Assembly: GCA_001784175.1 (NCBI GenBank)
Contig: MFPR01000012.1
Span: 1 to 64,000, forward strand
Source of the DNA: Candidatus Lindowbacteria bacterium RIFCSPLOWO2_12_FULL_62_27
Lineage (GTDB): Bacteria; Lindowbacteria; 2-12-FULL-62-27
Direction: 5' to 3'
DNA: 64,000 bases
Every line of letters begins with the position of its first letter. Within the stretch, counting starts at the first letter, position 1. Position numbers and translations under genes: made by a program. The notes below the pieces were generated by a model. It had not been told where the DNA came from. It saw nothing but the letters and a program-made list of their open reading frames with translations, and made no database searches. This document shows positions 19,501 to 25,939 of the stretch, piece by piece.

Positions 19501-21160
19501 AACTCACGCGAACTTGATTGTTGAGATTATAGACATCGGTCGCAAAACTTGAAACAGCATCCGGCGCCTGATTGTCGACTTTGAACTGCACGCTTTCGAC
19601 CCACGAAGAGAAGACACCGGCCTCGTCCATCGCCCTCGCCCTGATCTTAACTGACAAATTGATCCCCGATATGACTTGGATGCTATCCCAAACTTTACTC
19701 TCATTTACTGAAGCGGACGGGGCTGGATATACAAACCCCAAACTTATCCAGCCAGACCCCAAATTATACTGGAACTCAATCTGGGAAATTTTGACGATAT
19801 TCTGATAACCGGTCGCTGTTGCGGATACGGTGATGTTTCCTCTATACCACTGTGTTGTCGAGTTGGGCGCCGTGATAGTCAAATTCGCTTTGACCGTGTT
19901 GATAAATTCATCCATGAACCCGGCGGAATAACTTATCGCATCTGGCAGCAGGGTTTCTGTTGCCCAGTATTGAGCCAGAGATTTACCATTTGCAACTTTA
20001 GGTTTAGCATAATTAGTGATATGATTCTCAAAGTAGTAGTAACCATAACCATTACCCAAATCACTTTCGCGCCATAACGCGTCGTTCACCAGTGGCTTGT
20101 TAAATGATGGCACGGTGAGATCCTGAGGAAGAGGCGGTGGCGGGACATTTCCATTCGATAATCGGTTGTAGATATGCCAGTAGTTATTCGTAGCATGATC
20201 TATAAAATATACGGCAAACTGTTCATTGAGTGATCCGGATGAAACAACGATCTCGTCCCACTGGGAATTGTCGCTATAATTATTATCGTAGTTCGTGAGT
20301 TTACCATAGTAACTATTTGCATTATATCCGGTAGTTGCCATATTCCTGAGATAATCTTGAATCGAACCTGTCTTATAAACACCAAGACGAGTTGCAGACT
20401 TCGCGTAGGTGGCCAAGGCATTGTAATTGTTCGTACACCACTGCTCGTAGCCATTCCCCGTGTGAGCCACATTCTCAACGCCGTGTTTATCGTCATGAAC
20501 ATGCGCCGGAACTGACATGTCTTGGATTAAGTGTACAACATGCCCCAACGCAAAAAAGGCTTTATTGAAGTTTCTCTCTCTATAATACCGCAATGCATCT
20601 TGATAGTCGTATGAATTCGTGCTGTTCGCGGCTACTATGCCGGACCATGTCAGTGCATCCACGTGAGTATTGGTTGTAAGAGCGTAGGCACCGCTTAAAC
20701 GGGCACCATCGGTTGCACGATAAAAGTGATTATAAAATCGACCATTGTTATAATCATAGCTTCTATCTTCTCCCCATACACCATCAATAATGTCGTTCCC
20801 TGCGCCTGGATCATTATTTGATCTAGAACCATTATCGAGGTGACTCCAGAGCGATTCATACGTGGAGTAATATTGCGATTGAGATTGGAGAAGCGCCAAT
20901 GCCTCCCGCGTAATATGTTCATGGACATTCTCGGTGTATGCATATGATCGACGGACTGGGATCAGAACGAAATAAAGGATCGAAAAAAGAGACAGTGTCA
21001 GACAGAGCTTTATAGGTTTACGAATTCTCGGTGAAAAAGTCGATCCCTCTGGATGTGCGCCGGTGGCCGAATGACCGTTGGACAGGCGGCGGTTCATGTT
21101 GCTGGGAACAGACTGCGACAAACGTCGAATGTCCCGGCCATCCATAAAGAGGCCGTGCAA
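10301..21160 (-). CDS. Giant secreted protein (3619 aa): Zn-dependent PLC/S1-P1 nuclease-fold domain, Fn3 repeats, two NIDO-like domains, three FG-GAP/VCBS propellers with ASPIC-like domains, C-terminal X-module-dockerin
   Basis: After the signal peptide (...RRSYA): YTENVHEHIT...ED...NHFY...AFFALGHVVHLIQDMSVPAH...YE (tri-zinc PLC/P1 pattern). W.NP..DF.GV...YYY..FSYD Fn3 units; IGFNF.(F/Y).G..YS.L.ISSNG...IAPFWDDL twice; many WGDYDNDGDLDL repeats; terminal dockerin. Start may be 21097. Confidence 0.85.
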   Translation of the reverse strand: MHGLFMDGRDIRRLSQSVPSNMNRRLSNGHSATGAHPEGSTFSPRIRKPIKLCLTLSLFSILYFVLIPVRRSYAYTENVHEHITREALALLQSQSQYYSTYESLWSHLDNGSRSNNDPGAGNDIIDGVWGEDRSYDYNNGRFYNHFYRATDGARLSGAYALTTNTHVDALTWSGIVAANSTNSYDYQDALRYYRERNFNKAFFALGHVVHLIQDMSVPAHVHDDKHGVENVAHTGNGYEQWCTNNYNALATYAKSATRLGVYKTGSIQDYLRNMATTGYNANSYYGKLTNYDNNYSDNSQWDEIVVSSGSLNEQFAVYFIDHATNNYWHIYNRLSNGNVPPPPLPQDLTVPSFNKPLVNDALWRESDLGNGYGYYYFENHITNYAKPKVANGKSLAQYWATETLLPDAISYSAGFMDEFINTVKANLTITAPNSTTQWYRGNITVSATATGYQNIVKISQIEFQYNLGSGWISLGFVYPAPSASVNESKVWDSIQVISGINLSVKIRARAMDEAGVFSSWVESVQFKVDNQAPDAVSSFATDVYNLNNQVRVSWTNPATSDFTGVLILRFLSSSSNTLSEPANGSSYTANSFIGEGKIIYNNASLSPSGSVTITDADVTTGVEYVYRAFSYDSARNYTRSVWTRATPTAPDVAAPASVTGVSSSAGNQQVTLYWTEPASDFAGVLILRSTGSAPNTNPTPNQTYWYGNTIGNAQVILVTLSTSNSSFPDQYLTNGTTYYYRIYSYDSARNYATGVSTSATPAGVDATAPADISAFSAAPGDGQNNLTWSNPSASDFAGVLIVQRTGGYPTGVPTQTTSYTAGNPLGDGTVLYSSSGISTTHTSLTNGTTYYYKAFSYDATRNYSSGVTQSATPFDQTPPADVTGLAASGGDGTLSLNWTNPGSDFSGVVILRSTSSVNDAPINRTSYLAGNTIGSSIVVYAGASSSLADNQNLTNGTTYYYKVFSHDSSRNYAGGVAVSAVPATASSSIPSNVFGLTASPGNGQVSLTWNNPSANFSGNIILYRVGEPVAGIPSNGTSYSVGSVIGGDTVVYKSTGTADTRTGVSNGTTYYYKVCSYNSANDYSGGATINATPVSAADVTPPSDVTNFSASVGNAQAGLTWTNPGADFAGVVMVRSAVSSLAGFPLAGQSYPAGSAIGNGTVIYNSTGTSFTDAGRTNGTTYYYTAYSFDAARNYAYGVSGLATPVAPAGDTVSASVVTYNWVTATDGTLWSPDAGNTDDGSKLVNIGFNFSFYGTSYSQLKISSNGHVVFGSSSATEYNNVAIPNTNQPNNFIAPFWDDLNPASGGAIYYKTTGSSPNQKFIVQWNGVPHYPSEGSYTFQLILQENGEILFQYNTMSGQYANGNSATWGTENQDGMAGRSMFPVSGIYNNLALRIYSDTQTQATQANATFTRADAAAGLSESLGGDGLAWGDYNNDSYVDIFVLVDGANPFLYKNNGNQTFTNVAGSLGITGSATELVAPVWGDFDNNGGLDLLASNTSGQSYLYKNNGTGSSFSKITGSITNVDADAEAVAVLDYDRDGDLDLFVTSAGGQDRLYNNTGAGDFVDSTSSAGILTETANGEGVSWADYDNDGDLDIFVANEWGNPSYLYRNNGNGTFTEVAASAGINGVFAADAPLWLDYDNDGDFDLFIANWAQAPRVYKNNGNGTFTDVSSSSGVTDSSYCNGTIAAGDYDNDGDMDVIINNYYQQILYRNNGNGTFSNATTSAGVTDYTTGWDEVAAFADYDNDGDLDLYLGGPGQDILYKNNLVENGSGGRNYIKVIALTDTNGNASESDAQPDRLAIGAKVEVDLDGAADFAPGFGRYAEALIGAGDGWDYYQGPGHLGVGSATSVDVRVTFPDGDVIMQEAVAVNQTIIVMDTTLGIFVNPVWSDFGDGVYRSSIAWGDYDADFDVDLAVSGIDYWGYLRFYILNNSDSEFFSSGPEPMGANYGIYYASIAWGDYDNDGKLDIAVAGLNRFIIFRNAGNDSFINAAEPMGFNAGLSDPAIAWADYDRDNDLDIAVSGVDFSNNKRLVIFQNNGSGTFSNAAEPMGMNAGVSNSSIGWADYDGDLDMDLAVSGWSGTSRRLIIFRNDGNGIFTNVAEPMGTNAGVNYSSLSWADYDNDGDPDLAITGLSSSLGAGTKNIIIFRNDGDGAFTRAIEPMAIDSGVYKSSIAWGDYDADGYLDLAVAGLQSGTDRRLIIYRNSGDGRFTNMAEPMGPNVGVDEGSIAWVDRDEDGDLDLTVSGYDGANRRLIVFKNNLPGKNFVKFQIVTDSNGNAEESDAQPDRTAIGAKVEVDLNGGGDFVPGADYAMRIVDAASPLVVGIRTAAAVDIRVTFPDGDVAVRRGVAANQTITIKDPPAVTATISSGLYQSEIVAYNWLDISATGNRLSDTTNDTLLPTNIGFNFNYFGKNYSRLMISSNGFVTFDTTLIGGYPVNQSIPGGAQPNNTIAPFWDDLNPEAGGNIYYRTSGSYPTRQFIVQWEAVPHSPNEGSHTFQMILYETLNEIVFQYKNMTGIYANGNSATWGIENETGTVGSSSFPISTISNQQALRIYPRPVNSPPIKAASPFPSNGATNQSLNAFLSWADGGGATSYDVYFGTSPIHQASDSRASRSVTSYQPQLAMGKTYYWRIDARNAYGLTRGDVWQFSTDSDPVSAYSIRGPTTNAWYRAINNVFTVQVVPPDTISGAISYIEFELENLADSYSAMPSSEDTVAPARDYSSDTNGWSLKFDARNLSHGFGYRVRVRAGDSDGFATSWHYTSEFGIDKIAPQAPSSVISATPPPNAPSSLGTITVNWSGASDSGAGVAGYSVLWSKNQSDTPDLIKDVDTPTSSYMISSKGNWYVHVRTVDRVGLVSPGVFHVGPFVIGTDTPTFTAGQEPLDVPVLWSSIDWGDYDNDGDQDIVIAGLNTVGNYRLIVYRNDGGIFTVASEPMGNYKGVKYGSVDWGDYDGDADLDLAVIGDDGTNKRLIIYQNAGNSGFTAASQPMGSNTGLTYSSIQWGDYDGDGDLDLAACGFDGTNTRLMVIRNNGGNNFSIIVQPLGATAGLSNCAVQWGDYDRDGDLDFAAAGTADGSPDAPRFIVFKNIGGDSFIKSVEPMGANSGFYDGSLDWGDYDNDGDLDLVVSGASGADEYLVVFKNIGNDSFAKALDPMGANAGVFWSSVNWGDYDNDGKLDLVIAGTTDGLNNRLIVYRNEGNGVLSKIAEPLGTNAGINGGAARWGNYDNDADLDLAVSGYDGTNRRLIFLKNNTPTILSAQGNIIGGSSRYYVTNNALNADRVNPYLGPDGLGASGWTLSGLVGGETVTLTISQLQSLQIDGVTDFRYVSVENSPSDSPYYEHYSVAQDNEGNIRTLEVWDDGGHDFYTAAESLNSTGFIMIPATPVVGTTYTRTRRHGAVEKTKILSKTATVTLPSGLTFTNCLVMSETGTDWYHADTVYYAPGVGLIKFEDDHPGILFRERFQFTPSINSRTGNGIDTIAFATTGNNNFSGIRVYIRPSYDSSLATASGTTDTNGGIDLESIPDGEYKIELKASGSLTRRVSFTVLNGVINGGAGITIPPLIKGDANGSGDIGPGDWSVVVDNWGATSPDADSNNSGDVGPGDWSVIVDNWGQTDDGW

Positions 21161-21382
21161 CGCCGGGTCACCGGCGCGTCACTGGGGGTCACCGGGGTCA
21201 GGCGTAGGTTTATAGGTTTATACTCAGATCGACTTTGACTCAATTGAAGCCCCAAAGCTGACAGCGCCATCGGAGGGACGCCATTCCCGCACTACCCGTC
21301 AAGCAGTACGCGGCATCGCGCCGGGTACAACGCACGCGGCGCGTGTTCCATGAGTCCCGGCGCGATTTCGGATACTTCGGGC

Positions 21383-21655
21383 ATGAAAGCGAGAGTGAAT
21401 GATGGTGAGAGGAAAGCGCTGGCTCTCATCCGGAAAATCCAGGCGATGTCGGACAAGTACGGGGGGCATCCCGATCGATACCGGTTGAGACACCCCGCCA
21501 TCCGCCGCACGGCTGTCATTCCGACGCCATGGACGGCATTATACCCGGAGCGATACGAGTCGTGCCGAATTCCGGAGGGTATGCCGGCATCCGCCATCAT
21601 TTCATCGGTCGAATCCATCCTTCGCCTCCGCATCCCAAGAAATATCTCATCATAA
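21383..21655 (+). pseudogene. Antitoxin copy 2, homology truncated after ...SDKYGG (21466), no toxin
   Basis: ALIRKIQAMSDKYGG is identical to copy 3; same GATTTCGGATACTTCGGGCATG start motif; -35 degraded. Confidence 0.6.
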
Positions 21656-21731
21656 AGCCGGATCGAACCGCCGGAGGCCAAGCCGGCGTCGGGGGAGGCT
21701 GTTCACATTACTACTTATAGTATAGAGAAAA

Positions 21732-21761
21732 ATTATGCTTCTTATAGTATTACCATGTCAA
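21732..21761 (-). promoter_or_regulatory. Candidate sigma70 promoter (TTGACA-18-CATAAT) facing the giant-protein cluster
   Basis: Minus strand TTGACAtggtaatactataagaagCATAAT in an AT-rich patch. Confidence 0.45.
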
Positions 21762-21939
21762 GAACCCGGCCGAAAATAACGTGGGAAAGCACAGTCACAT
21801 CGTGATACAGCCCGCGGGCATGGTAACAGGCCCCCCCCCATTTTGACATTGTCCGATACCAGGCTGGAGAGGCGATTCGGGCACGTTTACGGGAAAACGG
21901 CGCCATGCATTGAGACCCTGAAACATCACCGCCGGTTCC

Positions 21940-21974
21940 TTGACTCGTCCGGCGGGATTTCGGATACTTCGGGC
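21940..21974 (+). promoter_or_regulatory. Leaderless-type promoter of antitoxin copy 3
   Basis: TTGACT-17-GATACT-tcgggc-ATG. Confidence 0.6.
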
Positions 21975-22157
21975 ATGAAAACGAAAAGCAAGAACGCCGC
22001 GCGCGGCCGAAGAGCCATGGCGCTGATCCGGAAAATCCAGGCGATGTCGGACAAGTACGGGGGGCCGACGAAAGGCAAGACGGAGGAGGAAATCCTTCGC
22101 GCGATGAAGAAAACCCGCGAAGAACTCTGGGACAAATATCTTGCATCTCGTCCTTGA
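21975..22157 (+). CDS. Small putative antitoxin (copy 3, 60 aa)
   Basis: MKTKSKNAARGRRAMALIRKIQAMSDKYGGPTKGKTEEEILRAMKKTREELWDKYLASRP; overlaps the TTG start of a PIN remnant. Confidence 0.65.
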   Translation: MKTKSKNAARGRRAMALIRKIQAMSDKYGGPTKGKTEEEILRAMKKTREELWDKYLASRP

Positions 22158-22243
22158 TGCCAACGAGTTTATCTTCGCCTTAGGCAATTTTAGAAAACCT
22201 TCCTGTCTGCACGGCGGAGGAGTTTCTCGCGAAATACTCGTAA
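22141..22243 (+). pseudogene. PIN toxin with large internal deletion and frameshift
   Basis: PIN N-terminus MHLVLDANEFIFALG joined out of frame to a PIN-like C-terminus TAEEFLAKYS* (cf. KAAAFLREFAV* in copy 1). Confidence 0.65.
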
Positions 22244-22397
22244 GTTGCCCGCCGCCGGATCCGGTGTCAGGAGGGCGCCGTATAATATGGAGAGGACGAC
22301 CAGAATCCGTTTCAGGAGCGGGGAGAGAGACAGCCAAGAAGGGACGGCGGCGGACCGACAAAGTCAGGGGGGATGACGGGGGGTCTCCATCCGCCGT

Positions 22398-22718
22398 TCA
22401 CCCCGCGTCCGCGGCCCCCGTTCGGATCGTTTCGCTTTCCGTCAGCGGCGAGACGAAGATTTTCCCGTCGCCCGGGTTGCCGGTGCGGGCGGCGATTTTG
22501 ATGGAGTCGATGGCGAGGTCCACGGCGCTGTCCTTGACGACGGCCAGGATGAGAACCTTGGGGAGTTCCTCGTAGCGGACGGTGCCGGCGACGAGGCCCT
22601 TCTGGCGGCCGCGGCCGAAGACGTCGATTTTCGTGTAGGCGTTCACCCCGCTTTTGGCGAGATGGTCGATCACGTCCTTTTCCTTTTCCCTGCGAACGAT
22701 TGCTTGAATCATTTTCAT
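22398..22718 (-). CDS. PII-family nitrogen regulatory protein, NifI1-like
   Basis: MKMIQAIVRREK...GRGRQKG...YEELPK...ARTGNPGDGKIFVSP; short T-loop; ATGA overlap with the nitrite reductase stop. Confidence 0.9.
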   Translation of the reverse strand: MKMIQAIVRREKEKDVIDHLAKSGVNAYTKIDVFGRGRQKGLVAGTVRYEELPKVLILAVVKDSAVDLAIDSIKIAARTGNPGDGKIFVSPLTESETIRTGAADAG

Positions 22719-25700
22719 GATGCCTCCACCACCTCCGGGACCAAGCCCACGCGTTTTTCGGATTTGGGCATTTTGTCGATCAGCCGCTGCTCGATCATTT
22801 TTTCGACCGCCGCGAATCCCAGGCGGCCGATGGTGTCGCGCACGGTTTCGCCCGACGTGCGATTGAGGAGGATCACGTCGAGAAGCGAGTCGAGGGTCGG
22901 CACGACCATGTCCTCCGTGACTTTGCGCGCCACCGGCTGGGCGAGCTCCACTTTCGCGTCGCCCTGCCCCCCCTGGCCGATCCGGCCGCAGGCGACCATC
23001 GTATAGGAATAGCGTTTCTCCTCGCCCACGGCCGACATGGACCCGACAAGCCCGATGTCCGCGAGCTGCTGTTTGGTGCAACTGTTCGGACATCCCGAGA
23101 TGCTGATGAGGAGTCCCTCGAGGAGCGCAGCCTTGGCGGGGTCGATGGGACTGAATTTTTTGATAATGTCGCGTGCGGCGCCCTGGGAATTGGTCACGGC
23201 GAGGACGCAGAACTCGGTGCCGACGCAGGCGGTGACGCGCAGATTCTTGGATCTGTCTTTGAGCTTGAGCCTCGCGCGTTTCAGGTGCTCGATCAAGAGC
23301 GGGAGTTTTGCGGCCCGGACATAGTGAAATTCGATGTCCTGGTCCTTCGTGAAACACGCCTCGCCGTTTCCATATCGCCGGCAAATTTCGGCGGCCTCCC
23401 GGATCTGCCAGCCCTCGATTTCGCCGAGCGTGACGTCGAGTTCGACGCGGACGTATCCCGGCTCGGATTGGGGATGGCAACCGGGGGGAAAGGACTGGGA
23501 CCCCCTCACCCTGACCCTCTCCCCCATTCGGGGGAGAGGGGAAAAAGCGTACAAGATTCGTTCGAAGAAAGAAGGCAGCGCAGGCTTTTTCGGAGTGATC
23601 GCCAGCGGGATCTGAAAAGCGCGGTTTTCGGGCATGGCCTTTTTTTCGGCGAAGACTTTTTCGAACTCCGCCGTGAATTTTTCGCGGCCCCAATCCTCGA
23701 TCAGATGTTTGAGCCTTGATTTTTCCTTTGTGCGGATGCCGTGTTTCATGTGGATTTCGAAAATCGTCTGGCAGACAGCGAGAACCTCCGACGGGGTCAC
23801 AAAGTCGCGGATTTTGAATCCGAGCATTGCGCGCTTGCCCAGACTGCCGCCGACCCAGGCTTCGAAACCGGGTTCAGCCTCCTTACGCACCGGCACGAAC
23901 GCGATGTCGTTGATCTGCGCTTCGCCGCCGCAGTCAGGACCGCCGGCGAAATAGATGTTGAGGCGGTTGGGCATTTTGGAATTGATGTAGTCCGAGCGCT
24001 GGACAAAATGGTCGGAGATCGCCTTGGCCCAGGCATGCGCGTCGACCTTCGCGCACGGGCAGATGTGCGAATGCGGGCAGGCGGCGACATTGCGCATGGT
24101 GTGGCCGCAACTGGACCGGGTCGTGATCCCGACCCGTTCGAGCCGGTCCCAGATGGCGGGGACTTCGTCGACTTTGACCCAGTGAAGCTCGATGTCCTGC
24201 CGCGTGGTCAGGTGTCCCCAGCCGCGACCATGGAGATCGGCGACTTCGGCCAGCGCCATGAGCTGCTTGGCGGTGACTTTGCCGCCGGGGATGCGGATCC
24301 GCATCATGAAAAAGCCGGCGTGCTTCTGGCTGCAGACGCCGTATGTTTTCAGGCGGTAATAATCGTCTTCCGACAGCGCGAACGCGCCCTGTTGGCGGAT
24401 TTTTTCCCAGTCGAGCGACAGCCCCTCCTGCTTGATTTTTTCGACCGGAAGGACCCGCGGATATTCGCGCGGAACGTCAAATCGCTGAGGCGCGGGCGGC
24501 GCCGGCCTGCCGCCGAGCGTTTCTTTGATTATCGTGTCGACAAGCGACGCGCAGGACCCGCATCCTGTCGATGCTTTGGTGCAGCGCGCCACGTCCGCCA
24601 CCGTCTTGCAGTCCTTCTCGCGGATCGCCTTGACGATGGTTCCCTTGGACACGGAATTGCAGTTGCAGACCTGGTCGGTGTCGGCCATCGCCGTCCCGCT
24701 GATCACGATGCGATCCTTGGCCGCGACCTGTTCGTTGACCATCGACTGAATCTCGGCCATGCGGTCGGTGACCTCGCGGCCGGATTTGATGAGATTGAAC
24801 AATTCCTGTCCGTTCTTCTTGGTGCCCAGGAGGATCATGCCGACCAGCCGGCCGCGCTGAAGAACGACTTTTTTATAGACGCCCTTGGTGGAATCGATGA
24901 AGACGAGTTTCTCGTATCCCGGGCCGCCCAGAAATTGCCCGGCCGACATGAGTTCCACGCCGGCCACTTTCAGCACCGTCGCGCACACCGAGCCTTCATA
25001 CCGCAGCGCGCCGGGGCCGACCATCGCGTCGGCCGCGACCCGGACCTGCTCACGGATCGGATCGATGAAGCCGTACACTTTTCCGCGATGCTCGACGACG
25101 TCACCGACCGCAAAGATGTCAGGGTGCGAGGTCTGCAGGCGGTCGTTAACGATCAGACCGCGGTGGGCGGCCAGGCCGGCCGCGCGGGCCAGCTCCAGAT
25201 TGGGCCGGACACCGGTGCAGACGAGGACGAGATCCGCCGGCATGTCCTCTCCGGACTTGAGGCGGATGCCTTCGACTTTTCCGTTCCCCAGAATTTCGGT
25301 TGCCGTGGTGTTTAGAAGGAATTCGATTCCCATGCGCTCCATTTCGCGTTTCAGAAGCGCCGCGCCGAGATCGTCGAGCTGCAGTTCCATCAGGCGGTCC
25401 ATCAGATGGACGACCGTGACCGACAATCCGTGATTGATCAGGCCACGCGCCGCTTCAAGGCCCAGGAGGCCGCCGCCGATGACCACGGCACGGCGAGATT
25501 TTTGTGCCAGATCCAGAATGCGCTCGCAGTCTTCGAGCGTCCGAAAACACAGGACGCCCGCCTTGTCCGCCCCCTGCATCGGCGGGATGAAGGGACTGCC
25601 GCCGACCGCGATGAGGAGCCGGTCGAACGGCGTGACAGCGCCCGACGCGTCCGTGACGGTTTTGCCCTCCGGATCGATCGACGCCACGCGCGCGCCGGCG

Positions 25701-25939
25701 CGCAGGTCAATCCGGTTTTGTTCGTACCATTCCCTCGGATTGAGGACGATGTCCTTCGCTGCGCGTTTGCCGGCGACGACGTCGGACAGAAGAATCCGGT
25801 TGTAATTGACATGCGGCTCGTCCCCGAAGATCGTCACGGCGACGGTGGGATCGAGTTTCAGGACTTCCTCCACGGCGGCCACGCCGGCCATGCCGTTGCC
25901 GATCACAACCAGGCGTTTCGGCTTCGGATCAGAACTCAT
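22715..25939 (-). CDS. nirB: Assimilatory nitrite reductase: NirB-type FAD/NAD(P)H domain + single BFD [2Fe-2S] fused to a two-repeat NirA/SirA-type siroheme domain
   Basis: LVVIGNGMAG, YNRILLS, VIGGGLLGLEAA; CNCN...CGSC; MRIRIPGG, TTRQDIELH; C-x5-C (CVGTEFC) and GCPNSC siroheme/4Fe-4S ligands. Confidence 0.85.
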   Translation of the reverse strand: MSSDPKPKRLVVIGNGMAGVAAVEEVLKLDPTVAVTIFGDEPHVNYNRILLSDVVAGKRAAKDIVLNPREWYEQNRIDLRAGARVASIDPEGKTVTDASGAVTPFDRLLIAVGGSPFIPPMQGADKAGVLCFRTLEDCERILDLAQKSRRAVVIGGGLLGLEAARGLINHGLSVTVVHLMDRLMELQLDDLGAALLKREMERMGIEFLLNTTATEILGNGKVEGIRLKSGEDMPADLVLVCTGVRPNLELARAAGLAAHRGLIVNDRLQTSHPDIFAVGDVVEHRGKVYGFIDPIREQVRVAADAMVGPGALRYEGSVCATVLKVAGVELMSAGQFLGGPGYEKLVFIDSTKGVYKKVVLQRGRLVGMILLGTKKNGQELFNLIKSGREVTDRMAEIQSMVNEQVAAKDRIVISGTAMADTDQVCNCNSVSKGTIVKAIREKDCKTVADVARCTKASTGCGSCASLVDTIIKETLGGRPAPPAPQRFDVPREYPRVLPVEKIKQEGLSLDWEKIRQQGAFALSEDDYYRLKTYGVCSQKHAGFFMMRIRIPGGKVTAKQLMALAEVADLHGRGWGHLTTRQDIELHWVKVDEVPAIWDRLERVGITTRSSCGHTMRNVAACPHSHICPCAKVDAHAWAKAISDHFVQRSDYINSKMPNRLNIYFAGGPDCGGEAQINDIAFVPVRKEAEPGFEAWVGGSLGKRAMLGFKIRDFVTPSEVLAVCQTIFEIHMKHGIRTKEKSRLKHLIEDWGREKFTAEFEKVFAEKKAMPENRAFQIPLAITPKKPALPSFFERILYAFSPLPRMGERVRVRGSQSFPPGCHPQSEPGYVRVELDVTLGEIEGWQIREAAEICRRYGNGEACFTKDQDIEFHYVRAAKLPLLIEHLKRARLKLKDRSKNLRVTACVGTEFCVLAVTNSQGAARDIIKKFSPIDPAKAALLEGLLISISGCPNSCTKQQLADIGLVGSMSAVGEEKRYSYTMVACGRIGQGGQGDAKVELAQPVARKVTEDMVVPTLDSLLDVILLNRTSGETVRDTIGRLGFAAVEKMIEQRLIDKMPKSEKRVGLVPEVVEAS
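23501..23541 (+). repeat. CCCTCACC-CCCTCTCCC hairpin REP-like element, in-frame inside nirB
   Basis: ccccctcaccctgaccctctcccccattcgggggagagggg encodes SPLPRMGERVRVRG. Confidence 0.8.

Noticed and set aside
11400-19600. Repetitive DNA as a possible CRISPR array or DGR
   Set aside because: The repeats are in-frame protein repeats (FG-GAP, Fn3); no spacer structure, cas genes, reverse transcriptase or adenine-specific variation.
21009-21220. TTTATAGGTTTA repeated 200 bp apart
   Set aside because: Only 12 bp in AT-rich context and nothing element-like lies between; likely chance.
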